A stretch of DNA of 64,000 bases from the NCBI GenBank assembly GCA_965217035.1, contig OZ244226.1, positions 1,098,146-1,162,145 on the forward strand, written 5' to 3'. Shown here piece after piece: positions 10,347 to 20,482 of the stretch. The first letter of the stretch is position 1; each line of letters opens with the position of its first letter. The DNA is from Bacteriovoracaceae bacterium. GTDB lineage: Bacteria > Bdellovibrionota > Bacteriovoracia > Bacteriovoracales > Bacteriovoracaceae. A program made the position numbers and the translations under genes. A model generated the notes under the pieces. It had not been told where the DNA came from, did no database searches, and saw nothing but the letters and a program-made list of their open reading frames with translations.

Positions 10347-11581
10347 GAAACCTTCTTTAAGTCAGACTTTAAGCTCGAAACCTTTTTAAATATTCGTTCT
10401 AATATTCCAATAACTTCTCGCTTAAGAAGAGTGATAGGATAAAACAATTTATAAAGACTCGCCCTAAGAGATAGAATTGCAACTCTGCTTCCGGATGGAT
10501 TCATTTCAAATTTTAGATCTTTTAGTAGCTCAGTCAGCTCAACCCCATAATCCTCTATGCCCTGGAAAGCATTTTTTCTTTCATATTTTTTTTGAATGAC
10601 TTCGACTGTTTTTGAAACTAATGCCTTCTTATCTCCTTGAGAAACGTAATAAAGATCATCGCCACTAACTTCTCTCAAGACAGGGAGATCGTAACAAATG
10701 GTTGGAACATTAAGTGCCCTCGCTTCCACAGGAGGGTACCCAAAACCTTCAAAATAAGAAGGGAACACAACTGCAGATGATTCTTTTATAACTTGAAACT
10801 TTAGTTTATCAGACAAGCAATAATAAAGACTCACTTCAATCCCGTATTTATGGGCCATCTCAAAAAACTTTATCTTTTCTTCCTGAACAATAGAATTCAC
10901 TCCCACAAAGAAAACAAATGAGAACCCTCTAAAGTCTTCACAGAAGAACTCAGAAAGATCTCCTCCACCTTTATGGGCATCTGCTAATCGAACAAAGAAA
11001 ACGAGTTGCCTCTTTTTTACAATTTCTAGTTTAGAAACTTCTTTTGCCACTTTTGAGTTAACAGCGGGGTGTGAATTAATATAAGCAATATTAGCATTAA
11101 AACGATTATAGAACTTCCTAGCGTAAGACTCACTTTCCTTATTACTTGAGAGAACAATCGCACCTGAGGAGCAAAGCTTTTGCCAATTAATCCAATGATT
11201 AAATGGCTTTTTATAAGGAGAAACTTCTTCAAACCAATTACCTGATTCAAAATTAAGAAGGATTAACTTAGCCTTTGATTTTAAGGAAAACAACTCAGCC
11301 CGAAGATAAAAATAATAGTCTTTGTTTCCATTTGGGATAAGTACAACATAATCAAAACTAGTATCTGGCTTTGATTCAAAAAACATTGAAGATTTCAAAA
11401 ACTTAATTTTTGAGTGATGAGGATAATCAATAAAGTCCGTATAACACTCAGGATAGTAATTCGAAAAATAAACAACTTCATGACCTTGAGTCGCAAGAGC
11501 CTCAGCCATTACCCAGGAGTGATATCTTCCACCTGAGTAACCACTAGGCATATTATGAGAAAATAGAGCAAATTTAGACAT
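10343..11581 (-). CDS. Glycosyltransferase family 4
   Basis: FPSYFEGFGYPPVEA (EX7E) motif. Confidence 0.85.
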   Translation of the reverse strand: MSKFALFSHNMPSGYSGGRYHSWVMAEALATQGHEVVYFSNYYPECYTDFIDYPHHSKIKFLKSSMFFESKPDTSFDYVVLIPNGNKDYYFYLRAELFSLKSKAKLILLNFESGNWFEEVSPYKKPFNHWINWQKLCSSGAIVLSSNKESESYARKFYNRFNANIAYINSHPAVNSKVAKEVSKLEIVKKRQLVFFVRLADAHKGGGDLSEFFCEDFRGFSFVFFVGVNSIVQEEKIKFFEMAHKYGIEVSLYYCLSDKLKFQVIKESSAVVFPSYFEGFGYPPVEARALNVPTICYDLPVLREVSGDDLYYVSQGDKKALVSKTVEVIQKKYERKNAFQGIEDYGVELTELLKDLKFEMNPSGSRVAILSLRASLYKLFYPITLLKREVIGILERIFKKVSSLKSDLKKVS

Positions 11582-12500
11582 TTATATTAGAACCTTTTAA
11601 GTTTTCAATGGCACTTAGTCCCATCATGTGAACAGCTTCTTTGGCATTCCCCCCGATATGAGGAGTCGTAATAATTTTTTTATTCTTATAGATTTCTTCT
11701 TGATCAAGAGGCTCGACTTCATAAACATCAAGAGCTGCTCCTGAAACTAAAGATTCATTGAGGGCCCAAATCAGATCATTTTGATTAACGATCCCTCCTC
11801 TAGCTGTATTGATAATATAAGGCGTTTTTTTGCACTTTCCAAAACTTTCTCTATTAAAAAGATTTTGAGTTTCACTTGTGTGAGGAGTATGAATCGTGAT
11901 GATATCAGCATGCTCATAGATCTCATCTTTACTTACCAATGTAACATCAACCTTCTTATAATAATCATCTTGATCAATAATATCATTGACAAGAATCTGA
12001 CAGCCAAAGGGCTTTAACAGTCTGATGACTTCTTTTCCGATGTGACCGATCCCAATAATTCCAATTGTTTTACCAGAAAGTTGAAATCCTCCATTCTTAT
12101 TCCAATTGCCTTCTTTCATATCAAATGAAGCTTGAAAGAGATTTCGAGAAAGACCGAGCATAAAACCTAAGGTCATCTCGGCAACAGAGAGACGGTTCAC
12201 TCCTCCGGTCCAACCAACTTCGACACCACAAGTTTTGCAATCCTCTAAGTTAATATTATTAAGTCCAACTCCAAATTTTGAAATTCTTTTTAAATCAGGA
12301 CAAGCCATTAAAACATCTTTGTTAATCTCTTCCAACGCAATGATAGCCCTTTCACAACCTTGAAGGAACTGAATCAACTCTTCTTGGTTTAATCCTTTTG
12401 TTCCGAATTGAAGTTGTAATTCCTCATCCGGAAAAACTTTTTTAAGTTCAGAAATAAGTTCTTTATTTTTAGAGAATGATTTTGAAGTCACGGCAATCAC
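11574..12500 (-). CDS. Phosphoglycerate dehydrogenase-like D-2-hydroxyacid dehydrogenase (no ACT domain)
   Basis: GIIGIGHIG, INTARGG, ALDVYEVEP, TPHIGG. Confidence 0.88.
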   Translation of the reverse strand: MIAVTSKSFSKNKELISELKKVFPDEELQLQFGTKGLNQEELIQFLQGCERAIIALEEINKDVLMACPDLKRISKFGVGLNNINLEDCKTCGVEVGWTGGVNRLSVAEMTLGFMLGLSRNLFQASFDMKEGNWNKNGGFQLSGKTIGIIGIGHIGKEVIRLLKPFGCQILVNDIIDQDDYYKKVDVTLVSKDEIYEHADIITIHTPHTSETQNLFNRESFGKCKKTPYIINTARGGIVNQNDLIWALNESLVSGAALDVYEVEPLDQEEIYKNKKIITTPHIGGNAKEAVHMMGLSAIENLKGSNINV

Positions 12501-13159
12501 TCGATTCCCTCCGAGAGATAGAACAAAGTTTTTGAACTCACTAAGGGTTGAATCGATTTTGAATTATGAACAGCATCCCATTTCGTCTGAGTATTCACAA
12601 TAAAACCAATTTTTTCTGAGAGTAAGAGAGCTTTGTGAGAGAGACTAATTCGACGTTCTCCTTCTGGTCCAACCCCTCCATCAATAACGAATTGATCTGT
12701 TTTACCAAACTGACCAGGGAATAAAGAAGCTGTATGCCCATCATCCCCAACACCTAAAAGAGAAAAAACAATAGGAAAGTCTGATGATAACTCAGAGAAT
12801 CGATTTTGATACTCAGAGACACACTCTTCAAAAGGTAAATCAGTCTTCATCGAAATGAGAGAAGTTGTCTCTCCCGTTAATGTCTCTCTAAGCATTTTTG
12901 AATTACTAAGCTCATCACCTAAAGAGACGAACCGTTCATCACTGAGAAAAATTTTAAAATTTTTGAAAAAGTGGTTTTTAAATTCTTCTGATTTTCCCAA
13001 TTCATGAGAGATAAAATCATTAATCTTTCTTGGTGAATTTCCCCCACCTAAAATAATAATCCCTCTTGGTTTTGAAGTAATAATTTCAATAAGGTCATTC
13101 GCGATTCTTTCATAATAGCTCTCTTCGCTTATAACCACTTTCTGTTCATTCATTTGCAC
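12497..13159 (-). CDS. 6-phosphogluconolactonase-like protein
   Basis: GGNSP, SDERFV, LLGVGDDGHTASLFPG. Confidence 0.85.
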   Translation of the reverse strand: MQMNEQKVVISEESYYERIANDLIEIITSKPRGIIILGGGNSPRKINDFISHELGKSEEFKNHFFKNFKIFLSDERFVSLGDELSNSKMLRETLTGETTSLISMKTDLPFEECVSEYQNRFSELSSDFPIVFSLLGVGDDGHTASLFPGQFGKTDQFVIDGGVGPEGERRISLSHKALLLSEKIGFIVNTQTKWDAVHNSKSIQPLVSSKTLFYLSEGIE

Positions 13160-13241
13160 TAAGCATAAAAGAGATGACTAAAAATGACCATCTTATTGCG
13201 ACTCAATTGACTAAGAACTCCATTAAGCCTATCTAGTAATT

Positions 13242-14003
13242 ATGAGTAAAGTTTCTATCATTATGCCCAATTATAATGGCTCTCGCTTTATCGAGAAGGC
13301 CATCCGATCTATTATGACCCAGACCTACCAAGACTGGGAGCTTGTGCTTATGGATGATTGCTCTAAAGATGATAGCCTCGAAATAGCGAATAAACTTGCT
13401 GGCGAAGATCAAAGAATTAAGGTTAATCAAAACCCTCAAAACTCAGGCACAGCAAAAACTCGAAACAACGCACTTCGTAAAGCTTCTGGTGATTATATCG
13501 CCTTTCTTGATAGTGATGATTGGTGGGAACCAGAATATCTAAACGAGCAAATCAAACTTCTAAAGGACAGCTCTGCGGATCTCGTTTATTGCAATTACAC
13601 TATGGTCGATGAGAACGGAAAATTTATCAAAAATATCAATAAATACCGTGCTCAACTCACCTATAAGGATAATCTTTGGTCAAATCACATCGGACAGCTT
13701 GCTGGGCTCTTTAAAAGATCAGCTGCACCGAATGTCTTTTATGATGAAAGCTTAGGAAGTATTAAGGATGATTATGCTTTCTGGCTAGATGTCCTAAAGA
13801 ATTGTAAATATGGAGTTGGTAATAACAAAACCTTGGCCCATTACCGAGTGTTTTCGGGGTCAATTACCTCGGGCAAGCATAAGCTCGTTGCTCCACATTT
13901 TAAATTACTCTACAAGCGCCAAAACTTAGGCCTTTTGAAATCATCACTCTACACAGCAAACTGGGCGTTACAAGGACTTTATAACTTCCACTTAAAAAAA
14001 TAA
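13242..14003 (+). CDS. Glycosyltransferase family 2 (TuaG-like)
   Basis: IMPNYN, DDCSKD, IAFLDSDD. Confidence 0.92.
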   Translation: MSKVSIIMPNYNGSRFIEKAIRSIMTQTYQDWELVLMDDCSKDDSLEIANKLAGEDQRIKVNQNPQNSGTAKTRNNALRKASGDYIAFLDSDDWWEPEYLNEQIKLLKDSSADLVYCNYTMVDENGKFIKNINKYRAQLTYKDNLWSNHIGQLAGLFKRSAAPNVFYDESLGSIKDDYAFWLDVLKNCKYGVGNNKTLAHYRVFSGSITSGKHKLVAPHFKLLYKRQNLGLLKSSLYTANWALQGLYNFHLKK

Positions 14004-14073
14004 ATTCCGTTCAAACCTGGATTAAAAGCAGCATTTTTTGTATTAATTAAAGTTCTAATTCCAAGGTTAAACC

Positions 14074-15792
14074 ATGAATAACGCTATTAGCCGTATCGAT
14101 CTTTCAATGCACTCGTTTCCAATAGTTGAACATGGAGACCTGCCGACTCTCGATAACTCCCAAGATTATGATTCATTTTATAATTCGTTTTTTGAGAGCT
14201 ATTGGAAGAAATATACTCTACTCAACAGCATCGATCTTAAGTTAAAGCTCAAAGGGAAAGGTTCGGTTGTTATCTCTAGGAATTTTTCCAATGGAACAAC
14301 AGAGCATGTTTGCACAAAACCATTTGATCTTGGTGAGTTTGCTGAAATAAATATTTCTGTGCCTTTTTCAAAAAGTGAATTGGATTCGAGACTTAGCTAT
14401 CAAATCAAGAGTGAAGGAAATGCCCAAATTGAAAAAGAAGGATCATGGGAAACCAGGAGCCTTAAAAAAAGAGAAGTTTGTCTCGGCATCGTTTTCTGTA
14501 CTTTTAATAGAGAAGACTATCTCAAAAAAAATCTAGAACTTCTTAAGAAGTCTTCAATCTTCAATAATCTCAATGTTCATCTCTTTGTTATTGATAATGC
14601 CAGTAATTTAAATCTTCAAAACTCAGAGAGAATCACCTATATCCCTCAAGACAATCTAGGCGGAGCAGGTGGATTTTCCAGAGGATTATCGGAGACTCTA
14701 AAAGTTAAAGAAATCACACATACTGTCTTTATGGATGATGATGTTAAAATATGCCCTGAAGTTTTTGAGAGAATTCAAAGATGGCATGAATATTCCATCG
14801 AAGACTCCCCTATCTGTGGTGCTATGGTCAACTTGGAAAAACCAAATGAAACCTGTGAACAAGGAGCTCTATTCGTCGACAAGTCGACACTTTTCATTAC
14901 TTCTATTAACGACAAACTTGATCTTAATGAAAAACCTCATCTCGATAAACTCACTCAATTGAAAGAAGTGGACTATGGTGGATGGTGGCTTTTCTCGTTT
15001 CCAAAAAAAGTTGTACAAAAATCAAGTTTCCCTCTTCCATTCTTTATAAAGGGAGATGATATTGAATATGGTGTGAGACTAAAGCGAGACGGCTTTAAAA
15101 CAATTCCAGTTCCAGGAATTTGGCTATGGCATGAACCTTTTGAATCTAAAAGTTCTGCCTGGGTAACATTCTACGACTTTAAAAACCGAATAAATAGCTT
15201 AATTATTCACAAGCCAAGTAGTATTTGGTTTCAAACGACGCTTGATCTTATTCTTTCCTTCGGTGCTAAGATTTCGTCTTATTCCTACGATCATGCCTAT
15301 GCTTTGATCCTGGCGATGGAAAAAGTCCTTTTAGGTCCAAGTTCTTTAAGAGAAGAATCAACACCAGAAGGAAACTCTAAAATCATAAAAGCTTTAGGTA
15401 AGTTTTCAAAAACAGAAGTTATTGCGCAGAAAAATCAAGAACAAAAAGAAAAAGGAATAAACCTATTATCTTTTCTCATTAATATCCTAACTCTTAGAGG
15501 TCATTTAATTCCTTCATTTCTTTTAAAGGAGAAGGAAGAAGTTCATGGTAAAATACGTGTCTCTAATACTTTTTCTGCTTTTCCTTCAAAGAAAATGAAA
15601 GTTTATCGCGAGTATCGAACAGAAGTAAGCTCTCTTAACCATAAACAGTTCTTTAAACTCCTTCTTTTATTTGGATTCACTTTTATACGACTCCTCTTAA
15701 ACCTCCCAAGACTTAAACATGAGTGGGAAGAGAATTTTAATTACTTAACTTCAGAGCAGAGCTGGAAAGAAAACTTTTGGAAAATTCAGTAG
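14074..15792 (+). CDS. GlfT2-like galactofuranosyltransferase (GT2)
   Basis: N-terminal extra domain, NLGGAGGF, FMDDD, GGWW, PLPFFIKGDDIEYG. Confidence 0.75.
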   Translation: MNNAISRIDLSMHSFPIVEHGDLPTLDNSQDYDSFYNSFFESYWKKYTLLNSIDLKLKLKGKGSVVISRNFSNGTTEHVCTKPFDLGEFAEINISVPFSKSELDSRLSYQIKSEGNAQIEKEGSWETRSLKKREVCLGIVFCTFNREDYLKKNLELLKKSSIFNNLNVHLFVIDNASNLNLQNSERITYIPQDNLGGAGGFSRGLSETLKVKEITHTVFMDDDVKICPEVFERIQRWHEYSIEDSPICGAMVNLEKPNETCEQGALFVDKSTLFITSINDKLDLNEKPHLDKLTQLKEVDYGGWWLFSFPKKVVQKSSFPLPFFIKGDDIEYGVRLKRDGFKTIPVPGIWLWHEPFESKSSAWVTFYDFKNRINSLIIHKPSSIWFQTTLDLILSFGAKISSYSYDHAYALILAMEKVLLGPSSLREESTPEGNSKIIKALGKFSKTEVIAQKNQEQKEKGINLLSFLINILTLRGHLIPSFLLKEKEEVHGKIRVSNTFSAFPSKKMKVYREYRTEVSSLNHKQFFKLLLLFGFTFIRLLLNLPRLKHEWEENFNYLTSEQSWKENFWKIQ

Positions 15793-15799
15793 GTAAGAA

Positions 15800-17095
15800 A
15801 TGAGAATATCTGTAATAGGAACTGGTTATGTAGGTCTTGTTAGTGGGACTTGTTTTGCAGAAATTGGTCACGATGTCACTTGTATCGATATCGATCAAAA
15901 AAAGATCGATAAACTTAAAGAAGGTATCAGTCCAATTCATGAACCGGGTCTCAGTGATTACCTGAAATCTAATTATAAAAAGAAAAGACTTCATTTCGAT
16001 ACGAGTTATGAAAGTGTAAAAACAGCAGAAGCAGTCTTTCTTGCGGTAGGAACTCCTTCTTTACCAAGTGGAGAAGCAAACCTTGAATATATTTACTCTG
16101 CTCTGGATCAAGTTATTGAGACGAAAACAAATGCTGTTATTGTCATTAAGTCGACTGTTCCGATAGGAACAAATACAGAAATTAAGGAATACTTAAAATC
16201 GAAAAATGTCAGTAATGAAGTTGTTAACAATCCTGAATTTCTCAGAGAGGGTTCAGCTGTTAGAGATTTTCTTTATCCCGATAGAATTGTTCTAGGATTT
16301 ACGAATGAAAAAGCAGGCGAAATAATTGCAGAACTCTACAAACCACTTGTGCGTCAAGGTAATCCTATTTATATGATGAGTAATCTTTCTGCAGAAATGA
16401 CGAAGTATGCAGCAAACAGTTTTTTAGCTGCCAAGGTGTCATTCATTAATGAGGTCGCCAGACTTTGTGATGCAACTGGTGCCGATATAGAAGAAGTTAA
16501 AAAAGGAATCAGTTCGGATAAAAGAATTGGTGGTCAATTTCTCTATCCTGGTCCAGGCTATGGAGGCTCTTGTTTCCCTAAGGACGTTAAGGCCTTAAAA
16601 GCTTCTGCGAAAAAATTTGATGTTCCTTTAAAACTCGTCCCAGTCATCGACGAAACAAATGATGATCATAAAAATTATATTGCCCAGAAAATTCTTAACC
16701 ACTTCAATAATGATTTAAAAGGAAAAACAATCGCTCTTTGGGGTGTTGCCTTCAAGGCCAATACTGATGATGTTCGAGAAACGCCTGCTCTTAATGTTGT
16801 TGAGAAACTTTCAAAGGCTGGAGCTATTATTAAATTTTATGACCCCTGTGCAGGAGCAAACTTCAAAGAAGTAACTCCTCATGAAGTGGAAGAAGTCTTC
16901 AATATGTATGATGTCCTTCAAGATGCTGATGCTCTTGTCACCATAACAGAATGGAGAGAGTTTCAAACTCCGGATTTTGAAAAAATAAAAAGCCTTCTAA
17001 AAAATAAACTCATTTTTGACTTTAGAAATCTCTTTGATTCTAAAACTGTTAAAAACTATGGATTTCAATATTACTCGATAGGAAAAAATCAATGA
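15800..17095 (+). CDS. ugd: UDP-glucose 6-dehydrogenase
   Basis: [25 protein letters not shown]. Confidence 0.95.
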   Translation: MRISVIGTGYVGLVSGTCFAEIGHDVTCIDIDQKKIDKLKEGISPIHEPGLSDYLKSNYKKKRLHFDTSYESVKTAEAVFLAVGTPSLPSGEANLEYIYSALDQVIETKTNAVIVIKSTVPIGTNTEIKEYLKSKNVSNEVVNNPEFLREGSAVRDFLYPDRIVLGFTNEKAGEIIAELYKPLVRQGNPIYMMSNLSAEMTKYAANSFLAAKVSFINEVARLCDATGADIEEVKKGISSDKRIGGQFLYPGPGYGGSCFPKDVKALKASAKKFDVPLKLVPVIDETNDDHKNYIAQKILNHFNNDLKGKTIALWGVAFKANTDDVRETPALNVVEKLSKAGAIIKFYDPCAGANFKEVTPHEVEEVFNMYDVLQDADALVTITEWREFQTPDFEKIKSLLKNKLIFDFRNLFDSKTVKNYGFQYYSIGKNQ

Positions 17096-18015
17096 AAAAA
17101 ATACTTGTAACTGGTGGTGCTGGTTTTTTAGGGAGTCATCTTTGCCGAGATCTTCATTCTCAAGGTCATCATATCATCTGCTTAGATAATCTCTTTACGG
17201 GCAACCTTGATAACATTAAAGATCTTGAAAATTCTGATCGCTTCCAGTTTATTAATCATAATGTTATAGAACCTATTGATCTTGAAATCGATGAGATTTA
17301 CAACTTAGCCTGCCCAGCCAGTCCTATTCATTACCAAGCTGATCCAATATTCACGATGAAAACTTCTGTTTGGGGAGCTTATAATATGCTCGAGCTCGCC
17401 AAAAAAAATAAAGCAAAGATCCTTCAGACTTCTACCAGCGAAGTTTACGGAGATCCCGAAGTTCATCCTCAGCCAGAAAGTTATAAAGGTTCAGTAAACC
17501 CTATCGGTATCAGAGCTTGCTATGACGAAGGAAAAAGAACTGCGGAAACTCTTTTTTTCGATTATCAGAGAAAATATAACCTTGATATTAAAGTCGTTCG
17601 CATCTTTAATACCTATGGACCTAATATGCATCCACAAGACGGACGAGTTGTTTCTAACTTTATTGTCCAGGCTTTAAAGGGAGAAGATATCACGATTTAT
17701 GGGGACGGATCACAAACCAGAAGCTTTTGTTATGTTCAAGATCTTGTTGATGTCATCATTTCGATGATGAATAGTTCTGAGCCTGGACCAGTTAATATTG
17801 GAAACCCAGGTGAATTCACAATCAAAGAACTTGCAGAGATTGTTTTAGAAATGACAAAAAGTTCCAGCCAATTAACCTTTCACGATTTACCAAGTGATGA
17901 TCCTAAAGTGAGAAGGCCTAATATCGCTCTCGCAAAAGAAAAATTGAATTGGGAACCTAAGGTGGATTTAAAATCGGGACTCTCTAAGACGATCAAATAT
18001 TTTCAATCTTTATAA
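17092..18015 (+). CDS. uxs: UDP-glucuronate decarboxylase (UDP-xylose synthase)
   Basis: [41 protein letters not shown]. Confidence 0.92.
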   Translation: MKKILVTGGAGFLGSHLCRDLHSQGHHIICLDNLFTGNLDNIKDLENSDRFQFINHNVIEPIDLEIDEIYNLACPASPIHYQADPIFTMKTSVWGAYNMLELAKKNKAKILQTSTSEVYGDPEVHPQPESYKGSVNPIGIRACYDEGKRTAETLFFDYQRKYNLDIKVVRIFNTYGPNMHPQDGRVVSNFIVQALKGEDITIYGDGSQTRSFCYVQDLVDVIISMMNSSEPGPVNIGNPGEFTIKELAEIVLEMTKSSSQLTFHDLPSDDPKVRRPNIALAKEKLNWEPKVDLKSGLSKTIKYFQSL

Positions 18016-18138
18016 AAGCTTTCAATTGAGTTCAGATAAGGACTTATCGATGAGGAGTGAGTGAGGCGTACGCTTTGGTACGTCGCAAGGAATAACGAAG
18101 ATGATCAGTTCTTAGATGGGCTGAATTGGGAGTCTTTT
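18014..18138 (+). repeat. Long imperfect palindromic (REP/MITE-like) element
   Basis: CAATTGAGTTCAGATAAGGACT (18023-18044) pairs with AGTTCTTAGATGGGCTGAATTG (18107-18128) allowing G-T; inner hairpin GGCGTAC-GCTTTG-GTACGTC at 18065-18084. Confidence 0.55.
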
Positions 18139-19403
18139 TTCCTTGTCATGACGAGTGCCATCGACATGGCGAATAAGTTCATCATAAAAAACATATTTTC
18201 ACCATCTATGATGGTACTTTGAAAAAATCCTGAAATAAGAAATGATATAAGAATTGTAATCACAACTCTCCCCTCTTTTCCAAGAAAGAGATAAACGTCT
18301 TCTGCCCAAAAATAGATCCAGAAACAAAAAGCAACAAAAGCAATCAAACCTGCATTTGTGAGAATCTCAAGATAATTATTATGGGTATGACTTCGAAACC
18401 AAGAATACTTTATATTGTGATCTTTTTTAAACTCCGGAGATTTGTTTGCAAATTCTCTATAACCAATTCCAAGAATTGGTTTTTCAAAAAACATCATAGT
18501 AGCTGCTTGAAACTGAGAAAGTCTCATCATATTACTATCGCTTTTCATCCCCATAAGAAAGCGAGATTTACCCGAGCCTCCCATTATCGAAGCAGCAACA
18601 AGGATAACAATTGCCATTCCCGTTAATGATGCTGAAATTGCAAAGATTCTTCTTCTTAGGAAAAAGAAAAGCAATGGGATTGCAATAAGTGTCGCAAGCA
18701 AAGCTCCTCGACAATAAGAAAGGTAAAGACCAATATAAGAAAGAACTAATGCCGACCAGAACATTGGTTTATTAGCGAGCTGATAAAGCTTGTTCTTAAG
18801 TAAGGCAACGCCACTAAAGAAAATAACAAGCCAACTGGTTTCATAGCCATAAGTCATGATATTTCCGAAGAGACCCATCGCTCGAGTCGTATCGGTAACT
18901 GTTTTTTGTCTAAAGAAATTAAATCCTGTTTTCATTGCAATAAAACCGGAAAGATGAGCCGCTATCACAGTAAAAAGGAATAAATTAATCATTCTTTTAA
19001 GATGCTTATCATTCATCTTGAGATCTTTTAAAAGGTAAGCGTAAGGAATAATTGAAAGAGCTCCAGCGAGAAAATATTTCAAACTTCTGATCGAATAGAA
19101 AGGATCTTTCATCTCTGGATAATTTACAAAAACAGAAATAACTCCAAAGCTAAATAAAGCAACAAGAGCAACTCCAGCTCTTGGATAAGGAAGGTCTCCA
19201 TCTCTGAGAAAAACAAGACTGAAATAAATAACAGAAGGAAGAATCAAGAGATGAGTTCCGGCCATCGCAGAGATTGAAACGAAGCCTGAAATCGCAAGCA
19301 GGTAAAGAGACGCAAGAGTCATAAAGTGAAAGAAAGGCCTCATGGCATCAAAGAGAGGTGCAATCTTTTCAGATTCAATGAATTTCAATATCAACTCGCT
19401 CAT
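18105..19403 (-). CDS. O-antigen ligase family protein (WaaL/Wzy_C)
   Basis: Multi-TM protein; SYCRGA, SNMMR, PILGIG and HTHNNYLE motifs. Confidence 0.85.
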   Translation of the reverse strand: MSELILKFIESEKIAPLFDAMRPFFHFMTLASLYLLAISGFVSISAMAGTHLLILPSVIYFSLVFLRDGDLPYPRAGVALVALFSFGVISVFVNYPEMKDPFYSIRSLKYFLAGALSIIPYAYLLKDLKMNDKHLKRMINLFLFTVIAAHLSGFIAMKTGFNFFRQKTVTDTTRAMGLFGNIMTYGYETSWLVIFFSGVALLKNKLYQLANKPMFWSALVLSYIGLYLSYCRGALLATLIAIPLLFFFLRRRIFAISASLTGMAIVILVAASIMGGSGKSRFLMGMKSDSNMMRLSQFQAATMMFFEKPILGIGYREFANKSPEFKKDHNIKYSWFRSHTHNNYLEILTNAGLIAFVAFCFWIYFWAEDVYLFLGKEGRVVITILISFLISGFFQSTIIDGENMFFMMNLFAMSMALVMTRKKDSQFSPSKN

Positions 19404-19418
19404 GAACGGTTTTCAATT

Positions 19419-19445
19419 TTAACGTTAAACAGTGTTTAACGTTAA
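19419..19445. promoter_or_regulatory. Perfect 13-1-13 palindrome, candidate operator upstream of the O-antigen ligase
   Basis: TTAACGTTAAACA-G-TGTTTAACGTTAA, directly downstream of a minus-strand TATGCT -10-like hexamer (19451-19446). Confidence 0.5.
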
Positions 19446-19525
19446 GCATAAGGAAAAAGTGAGCTAAAGTCTAAGCCTGAGCACCGCGTTGATCAAATTT
19501 CCATCGCTTTAAACTTTTGAGCTCA

Positions 19526-20482
19526 TTACAAGATTGCAGCCGCAACCTTTTGAATAGATTCAGCTTTTCCCATCGAATAATAATGAAGGACGGGGGCACC
19601 TTTCTCCATCAATTCTCTCGATTGCTGAATACACCATTCTACCCCAACATTTTTGACTTCATCTTGAGTCGAACAGGCATCAACGGCCTTGAAAAGATCC
19701 TCAGGGATATCAATATGAAAAAAGCTTGGTAAGGAATTTAATTGTTTCTTACTTGTCATTGGCTTTAGTCCTGGAATAATTGGAACATTAATTCCAACTT
19801 CTCGACATTTATCAACAAACTCAAAATACTTTTTATTATCAAAAAACATTTGCGTTACAATATAGTCTGCTCCGTTATCAACTTTATCTTTTAAAAACTT
19901 TAAATCTGATAACATATTAGGTGCTTCGAAATGCTTTTCTGGATAGCCTGCAACTCCAATACAAAACTCTGTAGGGTTTGGATTTCTCATATCTTCATCA
20001 AGATACTTTCCATTATTCATATCCATAATTTGGCGAACAAGTCCGTCAGCATAATGATGCCCTTCTGGATCAGGAACAAATCGAACTTCACTTTTAATTG
20101 CGTCCCCTCTCAGAGCAAGAACGTTATGGATTCCGAGAAAATTTAAATCAATTAAAGCATTCTCTGTTTCTTCTTTTGAAAAACCACCACAAATAATATG
20201 AGGAACTGTTTCAACCTGAAAGCGATTCATGACTGCGGCACAGATACCAACCGTACCAGGTCTTTTTCTTACAACCCTCTTTTCCAATAAACCATCTGTC
20301 GCTTGCTTATAAACATACTCTTCTCTGTGATAAGTCACATCAACAAACTTTGGCTTGAATTCCATAAGCGGAGAAATTCTTTCAAACAGTTCATTGATAC
20401 TTTCACCCTTTAAAGGAGGAAGTATTTCAATCGAAAAAAGAGTTTTATCTGCTTCAGCTATTAGGTCTTTAATTTTTGCCAT
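19526..20482 (-). CDS. metF: 5,10-methylenetetrahydrofolate reductase
   Basis: FSIEILPP, VLALRGD, VAGYPEKH, VTQMFFD, LHYY; start overlaps the manC stop. Confidence 0.95.
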   Translation of the reverse strand: MAKIKDLIAEADKTLFSIEILPPLKGESINELFERISPLMEFKPKFVDVTYHREEYVYKQATDGLLEKRVVRKRPGTVGICAAVMNRFQVETVPHIICGGFSKEETENALIDLNFLGIHNVLALRGDAIKSEVRFVPDPEGHHYADGLVRQIMDMNNGKYLDEDMRNPNPTEFCIGVAGYPEKHFEAPNMLSDLKFLKDKVDNGADYIVTQMFFDNKKYFEFVDKCREVGINVPIIPGLKPMTSKKQLNSLPSFFHIDIPEDLFKAVDACSTQDEVKNVGVEWCIQQSRELMEKGAPVLHYYSMGKAESIQKVAAAIL

